DNA of 64,000 nucleotides from Octopus sinensis. Its lineage: Eukaryota. A program made the position numbers and the translations under genes. The stretch lies in assembly GCF_006345805.1 (NCBI RefSeq), contig NC_043001.1:79980001-80044000 (forward strand), in the 5' to 3' direction. Shown here piece after piece: positions 1 to 13,219 of the stretch (positions within the stretch are counted from its first letter, which is position 1; each line of letters starts with the position of its first letter). Below the pieces are notes generated by a model that searched no databases, was not told the DNA's origin, and saw only the letters and a program-made list of their open reading frames with translations.

Positions 1-283
1 GTATACGTACAGACACACACATATGTTTATATATGTATATATGTATGTATGTATCTGTGTGTGTTTGTGTGTGTGTGTGTGTGTGATTCTATCAATATAT
101 AATCGCAAACATGGAAAGATAGAAAAGTGTATGTAAATATGTACCTATGCATATTTGTAAATGTATACGTGAGCATACGCATATATATTCTTTTATTTAT
201 TTACTTGTTTCAGTCATTTGACTGCTGCCATGCTGGACCCCCATATGCATATATATATATAAAATATATATAATATATATGTA

Positions 284-331
<48 letters not shown>

Positions 332-476
332 GCATGTATTATACGTATGTATGTACATACATGAGTGTATGTGCATTTATGTATGTATACTCGAAGGCAC
401 AGAAAAATATAGTAATGTGTATGTAAATATATACTTACGTATATATGTAAATGTATACGTATGCATACACATACAT

Positions 477-1321
477 GTGTCGTCTATTTGAATGTTTTGC
501 GTTCTTGTCCCATTTTGTATTTTTTTATATATATTTTTCATACATATATTATTGTTGCGTAGCGTACATCTTGTTCTCTTATGTATGTAAGCATTCCACT
601 ACTGTACGACTTCTACACACACTTTCTCTATACTTCACTAGTCTCTATCTTTCTCTTTTCTCGCCTCTGATTCTTTGGTCTCCTCTTCCCCCACTCTCTC
701 ACCTATCTCTGTCTTTCTCACTTTGCACCTCAGTGATTCTGTCGTCAAGCCAATCCTTGGCACGCTCTCTTTCTTCTCTCCTCTTTAATTCCTTCTTTCT
801 CCCCCCCCCCCACTTTGGTGCCTTTGTCCCTCTTTTCTCTCTCTCTTTGATTCCTTTGCCCCTTTTTTTCTCTCTCTTCTCATCTCACGTGACCACCGGT
901 CAACTAGCCTTTCGGCTTCTGACCACCGCCACGACAACATCGAATTCTTCGTCTGCCGTAAATGCATTTTTTTCCAAATGCGCCAGCTAAGCTAAGCTGA
1001 ACTGTCTAAAGTCGTAGGACACCCGCTGTTTTTGTTATGTTATTACTATTGTTGTTTTTTGTATTTATATTCGTGTGGCATCGTCCGTTTTTCTGTCCTT
1101 GTTTCGTGTGCATTCGATCTCTTTTCCAAGAGATCTGGTGCTCGTGGCTTAGTTTTTCCTTGGGGCTGGCCGGATCGGAGCGGTCTCAAGATTGGTCGGC
1201 CGAGATTGCGGGGATGATCCGGTTCCTGACTGGAGATTGGAGGCTTCGAGTGACCCATCCGTATTTTGTGTCGTCTATTTGACTGTTTTGCGTTCTTCTC
1301 CCATTTTGTATTTTTTTATAT
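477..1321 (+). mobile_element. Dispersed repeat with ~54-bp terminal direct repeat (possible Penelope-type pLTR or non-autonomous element)
   Basis: 477-530 (gtgtcgtctatttgaatgttttgcgttcttgtcccattttgtattttttt) recurs near-identically at 1268-1321. The interior resembles 45640-46200 and 54540-54750 (cacgtgacc..., gtgctc..cttggggc.ggcc.gat..gagc.gtctc.aga). PLE affinity is inference. Confidence 0.5.
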
Positions 1322-1336
1322 GTAATTTTTATACAT

Positions 1337-1410
<74 letters not shown>

Positions 1411-1524
1411 AATATATACATATATACATAGATGTATACATGCATTTATATATACATATATACATATATAGATATATACGTATGTTTGTATGTATGCATG
1501 TGTAAAGGATATTAGTAATACACT

Positions 1525-1850
1525 GGGGGGGGGGAAGCACTCCGTCGGTTACGACGATGAGGCTTCCGGTAGATCCGAATCAACGGAACAGCTTACTCGT
1601 GAAATTAACTTGTAAGTGGCTGAGCACTCCACAGACACGTGCACCCTTAACGTAGTTCTCGGGGATATTCAGCGTGACACAGAGAGTGACAAGGCCGGCC
1701 CCTTGAAATACAGGTACAACAGAAACAGGAAGTAAGAGTGAGAGAAAGTTGTGGTGAAAGAGTACAGCAGGGATCACCACCATCCCCTGCCGGAGCCTCG
1801 TGGAGGTTTTAGGTGTTTTCGCTCAATAAACACTCAATAAACACTCACAA
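1525..1850 (+). mobile_element. Abundant SINE-like repeat
   Basis: Core gtgaaattaacttgtaagtggctgagcactccacagacacg...cagcgtgacac has a diverged second copy at ~41660-41820. Confidence 0.65.
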
Positions 1851-2039
1851 CTAGTGTGTACGGCAATATAAAAAAGAGAAAAACAGGATTTAGTGAAAGC
1901 ACTCAATACTGTAAGCATTGTTAACTATTTCTATTTTGTTAACTATTTCATTGTTAACAAATAGGCATATAACTATTTCATTGTTAACAAATAGGCATAT
2001 GAATTCTGTATAAATTTTATAATTGAAACATTTATTATA

Positions 2040-2132
2040 TCTTGTACATACAGGTATATCGGTTTACAGGCGCAATAGAATGTGCTCGCGGGCGCAATTG
2101 CACCTGCGGCCGGGGAGGTTCCCCCACCCCTG
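2040..2132. mobile_element. hAT-like MITE terminus
   Basis: Ends in ggaggttcccccacccctg (reverse complement CAGGGGTGGGGGAACCT), a hAT/Charlie-type end. Only one end was found. Confidence 0.45.
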
Positions 2133-2195
2133 ACATAGACCTAGCTTCCAATAAGTATTTTGTATATATACCTTTGATTTGCTTCAATCATTAGA

Positions 2196-2431
2196 ATACC
2201 TATTTCTTTATTACCCACAAGGGGCTGAACATAGAGGGGACAAACATGGACAGACATAGGTATTAAGTCGATTATATTGACCCCAGTGCTTAACTGGTAC
2301 TTAATTTATCGACCCCGAAAGGATGAAAGGCAAAGTCGACCTCGGCGGAATTTGAACTCACAACGTAACGGCAGACGAAATACCGCTAAGCATTTCGCCC
2401 GACGTGCTAACGATTCTGCTAGCTCGCCGCC
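2196..2431 (-). mobile_element. tRNA-derived SINE, well-preserved copy
   Basis: Reverse complement begins ggcggcgagctagcagaatcgttagcacg...gagttcaaattccgccgaggtcgactttgcctttcatcctttcggggtcgataaattaagtaccag, with a B-box-like gagttcaaatt. Many homologs elsewhere in the window. Confidence 0.85.
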
Positions 2432-2757
2432 AGAATACCATAATGGCTGGCGCTCCACCTAGAGGAATTTTAGTCGTACGAGTCAACCCCAGTACTTATT
2501 TTATGTTAGCCTGCACTTTAGTATTTATCTTGTAAGGCCCTTTTGCTGAACCGCTAGCTTACAGAGGCGTGAGCGGTGGTGGTGGAATACAAACACACAC
2601 ACACACACAAACACACATACGTTCGCTCTCTCTCTCTCTCTCACACACACACATATACACACACAAATACACAAATATATATACATACATACACATACAC
2701 ACGCACACACATAAATATATATATATGCATGTATGTGCGTGTATATATGTATATATA

Positions 2758-2803
<46 letters not shown>

Positions 2804-2828
2804 GTATGTATATATATATATATGTATG

Positions 2829-2902
<74 letters not shown>

Positions 2903-3042
2903 TATATAAATATACATCGTTGCACTTGTGCGCCCGACCTTGCAACCATTTTCGTATGAATGCCTTGCTACCAAGAAGCATGTGACACTAACATATAATT
3001 GCAGGGTTATACATGCGTATATATGTAGAGAGGCCGAGTGAT

Positions 3043-3118
<76 letters not shown>

Positions 3119-3270
3119 CAGACAGATAGATAGACACATAAGTAGATAGGTGAGTAATTTTACTTCTAGCCATATATCTGCATATACGTATATACTTCTA
3201 AGTATGCACGTACGAACGTACATATGTATGTACGTGCATTAGTATGTATGAGTGTTTGTATGTGTGTTTG

Positions 3271-3325
<55 letters not shown>

Positions 3326-3913
3326 GTATGTATGTATATGTATATATATATATATTATATATATATATATATATATAATATATATATGTTTGTATGTATG
3401 TATTTATGTACGTACGTATGCATATATTACTGTATGCATGTATGTATGCATATATCTATATACATATGCACGTATGCATTTCTATGTTTGTGTGTCCATG
3501 GAAGGAAGTATATATCTATGCGTATATGTGTCATACATTTGTCTCTATGCGTTAGAAAAAGAGGCTTGCTTAATGGAGGTTACTTGAAACGTTTGATGTA
3601 AGTTTGCACCAAAGTGAACTCAACCTGAAATTCAGAAACCTCACTAAAAATGTTACGCATATACTTACAAATAAACCCATACATACGCATAAGAAAACAC
3701 GCGCGCGCCCTCACGCACACACCAATTTTGCGCATATACATACATTAGTATTCTATGTTTTAATCATTTGTTTTAGATCATGTATTATGAAACACTTCAG
3801 TAGCATATTTGTTGAACAATTCACTTCGAGCATGTCCAAATATTCAACAAAAAACATAACATAAATGTAAAAGGAACTTCATTCAAACCTCCAGTGGTAT
3901 ACAGATAGGTACA

Positions 3914-3948
<35 letters not shown>

Positions 3949-4019
3949 AGAGATAGACAAGCAGTGAGAGTGATAGAGATGCAGATGGAAGGAGAGATAG
4001 GGAGAAAGAGTCAGAGCGT

Positions 4020-4165
4020 TAGGGTGACGTAGGTGGATGCAAGGGTCGCCGAGATCATCACATGCTTCTCCAAAGGAATTCTTTCTTTGGTGATGTAATG
4101 AAAGATCTTGTTTATAAGAAAACAAGAGCAAAATTTCTCAAAACAATTACTGCACTGAAGAAAAT
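4020..4165 (+). pseudogene. Tc1/mariner-superfamily transposase fragment
   Basis: Frameshifted translation RWM..SPRSSHASPKEFFLW/GDVMKDLVYKK resembles the conserved WPPRSPDLTPLDFFLWGYxKDxVY motif. Confidence 0.5.
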
Positions 4166-4391
4166 GTAAATTATACATCTCCCATACATGTATCTATCTA
4201 TCTACACACATACATATATATATGTATATACATATAAACATAATATATATATATATATATATATGTTTATATATATATACATATATACATAATATATATA
4301 TATACACATACATACATACACACACACACATATATATACATATATATATATTCATGTATATAATGCATATACCTATACACACACACACACG

Positions 4392-4475
<84 letters not shown>

Positions 4476-4519
4476 ACATGTATATTTATGTATGTTAGTA
4501 TTTATGCATATATGTATGG

Positions 4520-5230
4520 ATGAGGATGAACGTTGTGAACAAAAGTTGACAAGGCAGTGTTCAGTGCAGTCCATCAAGCAGAATTATTTACACTGAAATT
4601 GGAAGCTGAAAAATTTCCCAAGTATTGCTTCTATATTCTCGATTCCGATCGTCGGACAATCATGATAAACAGAAAAAGAAATCCAATATTTATAACAGAA
4701 CATGTAGAAAACATTCGAAGATGAAACAAAATAATTTGATTGTATATAACACGAACATGCTGTTAAAAGGATGGGTCGATATCGAATGGAAGCGTGGGTA
4801 TTAAGTAGTGGGATAAATGTTGAAGGGAAATATGGAATCGTCTCGAGATGCTGAGTCTTTATTCCTTCCAACCTCGCCGTGAACGATATATCATTTGCAT
4901 GATGTGCAAAATTTTCCAACAGCACTGCCCAAATGATCTTGACACCCACTTTAAATTTCACCTGATGCTTGGTAACCGTATTATCCGCCGCCCTCTGCAA
5001 AAGTTATGTTCATATCATATCACAGCACTCAGACAGAACTAATTCCCCTCAGCTGGCTCCGCTCTCTTTAACATCATACCAATACACATAGGAGAAGAAA
5101 AATATCCCCGAATGTTTAAAATGTTCCTGGACGAATATCTCCCACGAATTCCAGACAAGCCACCCATTCCCTCTGCATATATTAAGTCTTTATTCGAATG
5201 GGCTATGGTGCCCAAAGAGTGACTTTTATG
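4520..5230 (+). mobile_element. CR1/L2-group LINE 3' remnant
   Basis: RLEMLSLYSFQPRRERYIICMMCKIFQQHCPND...HITALRQN and SFNIIP...FKMFLDEYLPRIPDKPP...SLFEW match the typical C-terminus of CR1/L2-group ORF2. Contains stops and frameshifts. Confidence 0.7.
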
Positions 5231-5699
5231 AAACAACTTTAAATGTTTTTCCAGGGTAGTGCTATTGAGTTAGACATGCCGTGGACGAATACTGGCCGAA
5301 ACTTATCTAAGTATCTAAGTATGGCGAATTTGTGTAAATTGATAGTAATAATCTTCATAAAATGAAATGTTTTGAACCGAATGAACATTTTAAGGTTTAA
5401 ATGTATTAACAAACAAATTTTATTTACATTAGATCACCCTGACTCCAAACATTTATTTGATTGACTGTCATTGAAAGTCTTTCTGGGCCAGGAGGACTGC
5501 ATCATATATGTATTCGTATATTTTGTATACTAGATTATATTTTTAGTTAATTTCCTCTCCTTTCCTGTTCTTCAAATTATCCTTTATGTAAAACCCAACA
5601 CACTTTCTCCGGTGGTGCCCCAGCATGACCGCGGCCTTCGGGCTAAAACATTTTAAAGGATTTTTAAGGATTTAAGAATTAGTCTCTTCATTTATGCTC

Positions 5700-5900
5700 C
5701 TAGTTGAATAATAATAATATCGAAAAATACCTTAGGAATGAGAACCCAGGTTCGAAATTGCCCCGAGACACCTGATCTAAGGCTGGAGGGTATATCAACC
5801 GAAACATTGTGTTAACAACAAACAAGATGAGGACAAAAAAAAAACGAAATAAAAATAGAATAAAAGAATAAATATCCGTCAAATGTAAATAATATAAATA
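5700..5900 (+). mobile_element. Penelope-type pLTR fragment with decayed minimal hammerhead (5767-5813)
   Basis: gacac-CTGATCTA-a-ggctg-gagggtatat-caacc-GAAAC-ATT-gtgtt: helix I gacac/gtgtt and helix II ggctg/caacc (one mismatch), with a mutated core and mutated helix III. Confidence 0.6.
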
Positions 5901-6689
5901 ACAAGCACCGTTATTTATAAATGTATTTTTCTACAAACAAATGTCAGTCGGAAACGGCTAGTCATGCAGATGCGGAAGGTGCAATAAAAGAGATCGTGTC
6001 CGACATTCAGCACACCTGCAAAGGCAAACATTTTGAGGGGATTTCAGCGCCCTTTCAGAAGGAAGCTCTCACCACCAAACACTCTGTGATTCACTGTCGC
6101 AGCGAAATATATGTGCTCCATCCATGATATTTAGGAAGGGGATATTTAGTTGGGGATAAAACCTCAATAATTCCACCGGAGGTAAATTTATGCTGGATTT
6201 TGGCGTGTGCCGTTTTGGAAGGGAGTAAAAAATCTCTTGGGGGTAAAGCGGACCCGTCCTGAAAATTGGTCTGACATTCATATGGAAGAGCTACTCCACA
6301 TAAAATCAGAAAGGATCCAGAAGATCCCAGACCTCATTCGCCTTTCTGGAGGAGAGGTATTGCACCTTACGGTTTAGGGAAGAAATCCACAGTACCATCT
6401 AAGAGGGGAGACTTGCCAAATGAGAGCTTTTTACCCCCAACATAAAACAGGGAACAATAGAATCCTCTTACTACCAGAAGGAGGTCGTCAAAAGCCTGAA
6501 CAACTAAACAGGCAATGAACTACAACAAAAGTGGCACCAACTCTGGCAACAAGGACTTCATGAACTACAGGAACAACAAAACCAGCTTATTGCTGGAAGA
6601 AAACCAACAACAGCACTATCAGAAACACCAAAAATACGAACAACACCTGCAGCACATGCATAACCAAAGACTTCAACAGCAGAAAGCTC

Positions 6690-6870
6690 CACAAGTCAGC
6701 AATTCTCTGTGACATTGGAGGAGTACATACAGAATGGTTTCATCGCCCTGCGCCCATTTCGGACAGATCCGTCTGACAGCACTTCTGTGCCTGTAGAGTT
6801 TGTCTCGAACCGGCAGAGCATAAGAGTGAGATATGGGAAACATTTTAGAGAACCAGCACATATCGTCTGC
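6690..6870 (-). mobile_element. L1/Tx1-like LINE fragment (zf-RVT-like C-terminal region); 5930-6480 may be further decayed sequence of it
   Basis: ALPVRDKLYRHRSAVRRICPKWAQGDETILYVLLQC resembles the CxxC...ET..H....C zinc-binding region of L1/Tx1 ORF2. Confidence 0.55.
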
Positions 6871-7084
6871 TAGTTCCTAAGTCTAAATAAATAGATTTTT
6901 TTTATCGTTTCAATTAATCTTTATATCACCAATTAATATGTACAGGTTATTTTTTCTTAGTTTCTTCCGCATGAATATCTCATGTACAATTTGATGGTGG
7001 GTGTAACAGCATGTCTTATTGTTCCGACTTACTAAGTTAATCAACGATTAACATTGACTAACATACGTACAATAGAAACAGCCA

Positions 7085-7118
7085 CGGTGATGATGATAAT
7101 AATAATAATAATGATAAC

Positions 7119-7186
<68 letters not shown>

Positions 7187-7700
7187 TAATAATAATAACA
7201 ACAACAACAATACCAGGAAGTATGACAGCAGATATGAGGATGACAGCGACAATCATATGATGATGATGCTCATGATGATAAAAAAAGAGGAGGATGGTGA
7301 TGATGACTATGATGACGACATTGATGATGATGATGATGATGAATATATGAAGGCGGATGAAGGGGAGGAGAATGATGAGGAAGAATGTGATGAGATAGAG
7401 GATGATAATGAAAATAATGATGATGGTGATGGTGTTGAGGAATGGTGGTGATAGTGATAATGATGAATGATGATTATGAGGAGGGTAAGGGAGGATATGA
7501 AGGAGTAGGAAAAGAAGGAGGAGAAGGAGGAGGTGGATGTTGCAAATAAGTAGGGAGAAAAGGAGGGGTAGGAGGAGAAGAAGGGGAGGAGCAGGAGCAG
7601 GAGCAGGAGTAGAACGTCGATGACAACGAGGAGGAGGAAAGAAGGAAGAGGAGGTAGATGACATTGACTAAGAGAAACTTTATTCTATGTTTAGTTAACC
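7085..7700. repeat. (ATA)n followed by GAT/GAG-rich low-complexity tract
   Basis: Direct inspection. Confidence 0.95.
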
Positions 7701-7889
7701 CAAGGAAACTAAATGATCTTTCATGAAGTTTCTTAAAAGATTTTATCTAATTTCTTCTTTTTCATTTCTTCTTCTTCTCCTTTTAATTTCATTTTTCTCC
7801 TTCATTTTCCTTTCCTTTATTTTTTTCATTTCTACTTCCATTTTTAATTCTGCTTTCTTACTTCTACTATTTCTTTTGCACGAGTTTCG

Positions 7890-8400
7890 TAGACTTCTTT
7901 TACTCCCCTTTCTTCTTCTTCTTCTTCTTCTTCTTCTTCCCCTTCTCCTTCTTCTTCTTCTTCTTCTTCTTCTCCTTCTTCTTCTTCTTCTTCTTCTTCT
8001 TCTTCTTCTCCTTCTTCTTCTCCTTCTTCTTCTTCTTCTTCTTCATTATCTTTTTCCTCTTCCTAGCCTTCTCCTTCGTCTTCTTCTTTTCCTCCTCCTC
8101 CTTCCTCTTTCTCTTATTTTTCTTCTTTTTCTTCCGCCTCCTATTTCTGCCTCGTCTCCTCCAACCTCCCCCTTTCTCTTTTTCTTCTTCCTTTCTTCCC
8201 TTCATTCCCTCCTCCTACTCTTCATCATTATCATCATCATTATCATCATAATCCTCTCCTTCTTCTTCTTCTTCTTCTTCTTCTTCTTCTTCTTCTTCTC
8301 TTCTTCTTCTTCTTCTTCTTCTTCTTATTCTTCTTTTTTCGTTTCTCTGCATCTTCTTCATAGAGTTTCTTTGATGAAGATTATGTTGATGATGATGACA
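7890..8400. repeat. (CTT)n / (CAT)n low-complexity tract
   Basis: Direct inspection; source of the poly-L, poly-K and poly-E ORFs. Confidence 0.95.
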
Positions 8401-8453
8401 TAAGAACAATAACGAGAGCAGTAACATTGTCCTGTAGTTCTGTGAATTCTTAC

Positions 8454-8531
8454 ACCTGCACATCGATCGTATGTATTTTTTTTCTTCAATGGCCTGTGAG
8501 GGTATCATAGCAGATAATATCAATGACATTC
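8454..8531 (-). CDS. Candidate internal coding exon (78 bp, phase 1-1) of an unidentified gene
   Basis: Acceptor ttttgctgttattttcAG and donor GTaaga. Only one frame is open: (G)MSLILSAMIPSQAIEEKKYIRSMCR. Phase-compatible with 19511-19605. Confidence 0.5.
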
Positions 8532-8755
8532 CTGAAAATAACAGCAAAACACACAGTATCATACATCATGTATCGCCGGAAGTGCAATACTGTCCTTCAT
8601 TATCTCTCTCTCTCTCTCTCTCCCTCTCCCGCAATATATATATTGTGTGACTGTTGGCATATATGTATACATACATATATATATATACATACATGTATAT
8701 ATGTATATATATATATGCATACATATATATATATACGAATATATATACACATACA

Positions 8756-8798
<43 letters not shown>

Positions 8799-8807
8799 CA
8801 TACATGC

Positions 8808-8840
<33 letters not shown>

Positions 8841-8864
8841 TATAGATATATACCTTTCATAAAC

Positions 8865-9450
8865 ACGCACAACCTGGAGTTGCCAACATGTTCCAAATCA
8901 TACATTCAAACCTGCCAATAGCCTTACAATGCCCCAAAATGTAAAATATACTAAACAAATATTGCATAAAAAAACAGAAGACGACAAGACAAAAACCTAA
9001 AGTAACATCTAACAAGAGCGAAATTCTCATCAGAAACTAAAACTGAATTCTTTGCACAAGAGTGCGGAGATGGTAGATGTGGGATCTGCAGCAACCCCAC
9101 CTTCAAATACATAGAGGGAGACAAAGAAATGAAATTTAAAAGTGGTCACGTATTTAAAGTAAATGCAGATATGAACTGCAAGACGCAGAACGTAATATAC
9201 TGCATAACCTGCGCCACGTGCAAGGAGGATTACATAGGTGAAACTGGAAATTCTTTGTGCCAGCGAGCCAGGATTCCCCGACAATATGTTCGGCAGGAAA
9301 AACTGCGCCAGTTACCACTGAGTACACACCTAGCTACATGTGGAGAAGGAAACTTTAAGATCTTTCCCTTCTACAAATGTCCGAAGAACGACACCTCTTT
9401 CAGGAGGAATATGGGAAAATATTTCATAACTAAGTCTCCCCCAAATTGAA
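8865..9450 (+). mobile_element. Penelope-like element 3' remnant with GIY-YIG endonuclease domain (ORF 9129-9449)
   Basis: NCKTQNVIYCITCATCKEDYIGETGNSLCQR..H is the PLE GIY-YIG signature (VIY...CxxC...YIGET), preceded by a CxxxRCxxC-like motif (ECGDGRCGIC). Upstream sequence is frameshifted. Confidence 0.9.
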
Positions 9451-9538
9451 TGGCTGAAAATATCTCTATAATAAGCTGTACCAGATGAAGGACCAAATTT
9501 ACTAAGTAAACTGTATTAAACACACATACACACACATA

Positions 9539-9596
<58 letters not shown>

Positions 9597-10098
9597 TCTA
9601 CACATATGTTTTGATTTTTGGAAAATACAACATTGAACAAAGGATATTCTAATATTTGAATGAAACCCTTTCACTTTAATTTGTGGAACCAGTTGCTCCT
9701 GCATGATAAAACTTAATATTTATTTAATCAATAAGATATTAGACTAAATCAATTGAAGATCAGACAACAGACTCAGTAGTTGTCAGTTTGTATTCTGTCA
9801 TTTGTAACTTCAACACAAGAGAGTATCTTTTTCAAGTATAGACTTTATGAAATTTTACTCATCATACATTGAAGGACAAATCTTTCAATTTACAATTTAA
9901 TATAGTGGAGCATTTAGTATATGTGTATATATATATATATATATTTTACCTATTATATACATTATATTATTTTTGTAATTTACTTAAACTTTACTTTTTA
10001 ATTGTCATTTTAATTTTAACTTTCTATGATATGTAATTTTCTAGATGGTGTAATTTAATTATTCATTTGAATTGATAAAAGGTGGTTTTTTTCTAATA

Positions 10099-10164
<66 letters not shown>

Positions 10165-10258
10165 TATATATAGTGGTATAAATATCAACGCAATTATTTC
10201 TCCTTCCTCCTTTTTTCCTCTTCTCCTTTCTTCCCTTCTCCAAACTCACAGACACCCC

Positions 10259-10304
<46 letters not shown>

Positions 10305-10905
10305 CCTCCACAAAACAATCATAAAAAGAATTCTTCTTCCTTAAACCCAAAAAACCATTTGACCATCCCTCATTAAACACATACACACTCTTACAATGAT
10401 AAAAAGAAATATAATTTATGGTCTACCTCCCCGCCACCACACACTCAATAACATTATGAAATGGTCAAAATGGAAATTCTTTTTCCCCAAGATCTTAGAT
10501 CCCTCCCTTTGAGTAAGCATGCTGTCCAGCAGAGGAAAAGAAGGAATTCTTTTCTTCTTCCCTCTCTATCTTCCCCTCTTTTTCTTTAGCACTCATTCCA
10601 AATGCAAAAACACACACACACACACCCGCACACACGCACACACACACACACACATGCTCTCTCTCACTTTCTCCTCATCCATCACTCTTTTGTACTGTCT
10701 TATATTCCTCCCCACCACTACAAACTCAATACCACTATAAAATGGTCAAAACTTTTCACACAGGAACTTAGTTTGATTTAAGAACCCCACTAGAATGAGA
10801 GAAAGCGCTAATACATGATCTATTTTATATGATGTATAAAAAATGTAATATACAAATAAATATCTGTAAATATAAACCATCCGATTTTGAGTATTACCTC
10901 ATCTA

Positions 10906-10963
<58 letters not shown>

Positions 10964-11148
10964 GAATATATATAAACATACATGCATATATATATACATA
11001 TGCTCTCATGCAAAATAGAGACGATTACCAACATTTCCACGATGCACACTTGAACAAATCCGAAAATCTCTCACATGAAAACCTGAAACCGCTGGTTGCC
11101 TTGTTAACTTACAAACAAAGTATATATATATATATATATACTGGCTTT

Positions 11149-11260
11149 AAAAGAAAATAAGTCCTGGGATCGATGTGGTCGACTAAAATCCTTCAAAGCT
11201 GTGCTCCAGCATCGCCGCAGTCAAATGACTGAAACGAGTAAAAGAATAAAAGAGTAAATG
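11149..11260 (+). mobile_element. SINE 3' tail fragment
   Basis: gtcgactaaaatccttcaaagctgtgctccagcatcgccgcagtcaaatgactgaaacgagtaaaagaataaaag, homologous to 13990-14078 and 58050-58130. Confidence 0.75.
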
Positions 11261-11312
11261 AATGTACATGTGTGTGTATGTGTATAGATATATATGTGTG
11301 TGTGTGTATGTG

Positions 11313-11421
<109 letters not shown>

Positions 11422-11716
11422 TGTGTGTGTATGGATATAGATATATAAAGATATAATCCGGGGATCCAAGTGTAGCAAGTTTCTAATCTTCAAGCAGTCC
11501 GTGTCAGGTATAGGAAACAAAACGTGGACAGTGTACGATCAGGAATAATAATTTATTGGCATCGGAGATTAAACACTTTTCCCTTTTCAAAGTCGCGAGG
11601 AAAATCGTTAAACTGAAAATTTCTCTATTACTGAGGTTTAGCTACTAGTGTTACTATGAATGCAAAATAATCCAAACTGAAGGAGTGGAACGGGTTAAAA
11701 CTAGGCTACATATGTT

Positions 11717-11970
11717 TCTTAGCTGTTACCTTTGATTTACTAATTACTCAACGAGAGGTGCTCAACTAAGCCTTTCATCAGGACGAGGTAATCTTCATTA
11801 CATGACAGTTACATTGTCGTTTGGGAATCGCACATCTGCCATGAGTTAATCTGGGATTCCAAAACGGTAATGTAACATTCATGTAGTCAAGGTGCCCTTC
11901 GTCTGATGAATAACTGAACTGAGTACCCGTTGTTGAGTAATTATTACATCAGAGGATCAGCTAGCTAAGA
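11717..11970. mobile_element. Foldback/MITE-like imperfect palindrome
   Basis: Arms of ~110 bp (11717-~11828 and ~11852-11970) are reverse-complementary, e.g. taattactcaac/gttgagtaatta, ttcatcag/ctgatgaa, gttacatt/aatgtaac. Confidence 0.75.
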
Positions 11971-12059
11971 CTGTACCCGTTCAACTCCTCAGTCTATATA
12001 TATATATAATATATATATATATATGTGCGTGTCTGTGTGTGTATGTGTGTATATATATA

Positions 12060-12099
<40 letters not shown>

Positions 12100-12234
12100 T
12101 ATAATTAAGGGCTAAAGAGGGTTATTCTAAAGCCAAATACACTGTTTTATCCACTTATAATCCGCTTGTTACAGGAAAATTGAAACTGAAATGAAAACGG
12201 GCAACTAACCTTTAGAAAATTTAAATTTCGTTAT

Positions 12235-12297
12235 CTCTATATTGAATCAATTTCGGACTTAATCTTATAAAAAAGATATATTCCTTCTTCAGTAGAA
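12235..12297 (-). ncRNA. Type I hammerhead ribozyme, array 1 copy 1 (intact core)
   Basis: Minus strand ttcta-CTGAAGA-a-gga[atat atctt ttttat aagat taag]tcc-GAAA-ttgattcaa-TA-tagag. Helix I ttcta/tagag (one GU), helix II gga/tcc plus atctt/aagat, palindromic helix III ATTGA-T-TCAAT, cleavage triplet AUA between 12240 and 12239. Confidence 0.7.
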
Positions 12298-12727
12298 CTT
12301 TCGAGGGATATAAATAAAATACTCACGTATGATCATGGAAAAAGCACAAGCTAAAAACATAACTACACTTGAGTACATCACTTATATCTAAAAATAAAAA
12401 TTCTTTGGTCAGCCTCAGAAAACAACGTCCAGACCTTTCGCCGCTACAAATTGTAATGGTTACCAGTCCTCCTGTAGCAAGCATCGAGTTTACTACCAAG
12501 CAATATAGGATGAAGTCCCTTACTCTACAGCAAAGGAATTCATCAGGAAGCGTGGGCAGTATATTTAAAAAAACCGTTACGGTTGCAATATAAATCATAT
12601 AATTAAGGGCTAAAGAGGGTTATTCTAAAGCCAAATACACTGTTTTATCCACTTATAATCCGCTTGTTACAGGAAAATTGAAACTGAAAACGGGCAACTA
12701 ACCTTTAGAAAATTTAAATTTCGTTAT

Positions 12728-12789
12728 CTCTATATTGAATCATTTCGGACTTAATCTTATAAAAAAGATATATTCCTTCTTCAGTAGAA
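12728..12789 (-). ncRNA. Hammerhead motif, array 1 copy 2 (1-nt deletion in helix III)
   Basis: Same motif as copy 1, but reads GAAA-tgattcaa-TA. Confidence 0.55.
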
Positions 12790-13219
12790 CTTTCGATGGG
12801 ATATAAATAAAATACTCACGTATGATCATGGAAAAAGCACAAGCTAAAAACATAACTACACTTGAGTACATCACTTATATCTAAAAATAAAAATTCTTTG
12901 GTCAGCCTCAGAAAACAACGTCCAGACCTTTCGCCGCTACAAATTGTAATGGTTACCAGTCCTCTGTAGCAAGCATCGAGTTTACTACTAAGCAATATAG
13001 GATGAAGTCCCTTACTCTACAGCAAAGGAATTCATCAGGAAGCGTGGGCAGTATATTTAAAAAAACCGTTACGGTTGCAATATACATCATATAATTAAGG
13101 GCTAAAGAGGGTTATTCTAAAGCCAAATACACTGTTTTATCCACTTATAATCCGCTTGTTACAGGAAAATTGAAACTGAAAACGGGCAACTAACCTTTAG
13201 AAAATTTAAATTTCGTTAT

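Noticed and set aside
2350-2431. tRNA genes
   Set aside because: The tRNA-like A/B-box segments here and elsewhere are SINE heads; I could not fold a complete cloverleaf.
2525-3601. Long ORFs such as 2525-3223, 7041-7664, 7723-8403, 27834-28445, 29054-29512 and 42679-43242
   Set aside because: They are translations of (TA)n, (TG)n, (GATA)n, (ATA)n, (CTT)n and (GA)n repeats, with no protein signal.
3580-3624. Possible terminal exon of the minus-strand gene (VEFTLVQTYIKRFK*)
   Set aside because: It needs phase 0, whereas exon 8454-8531 ends in phase 1, and no bridging exon was found.
12430-12550. Second CTGATGA...GAAA pair on the minus strand of the array B unit
   Set aside because: The bases next to the core cannot form helix II, and GAAAGGTC gives no helix III.
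12369-12593. 74-aa ORF repeated within array B
   Set aside because: It has no ATG start, is frameshifted in copy 2, and has no recognisable domain.
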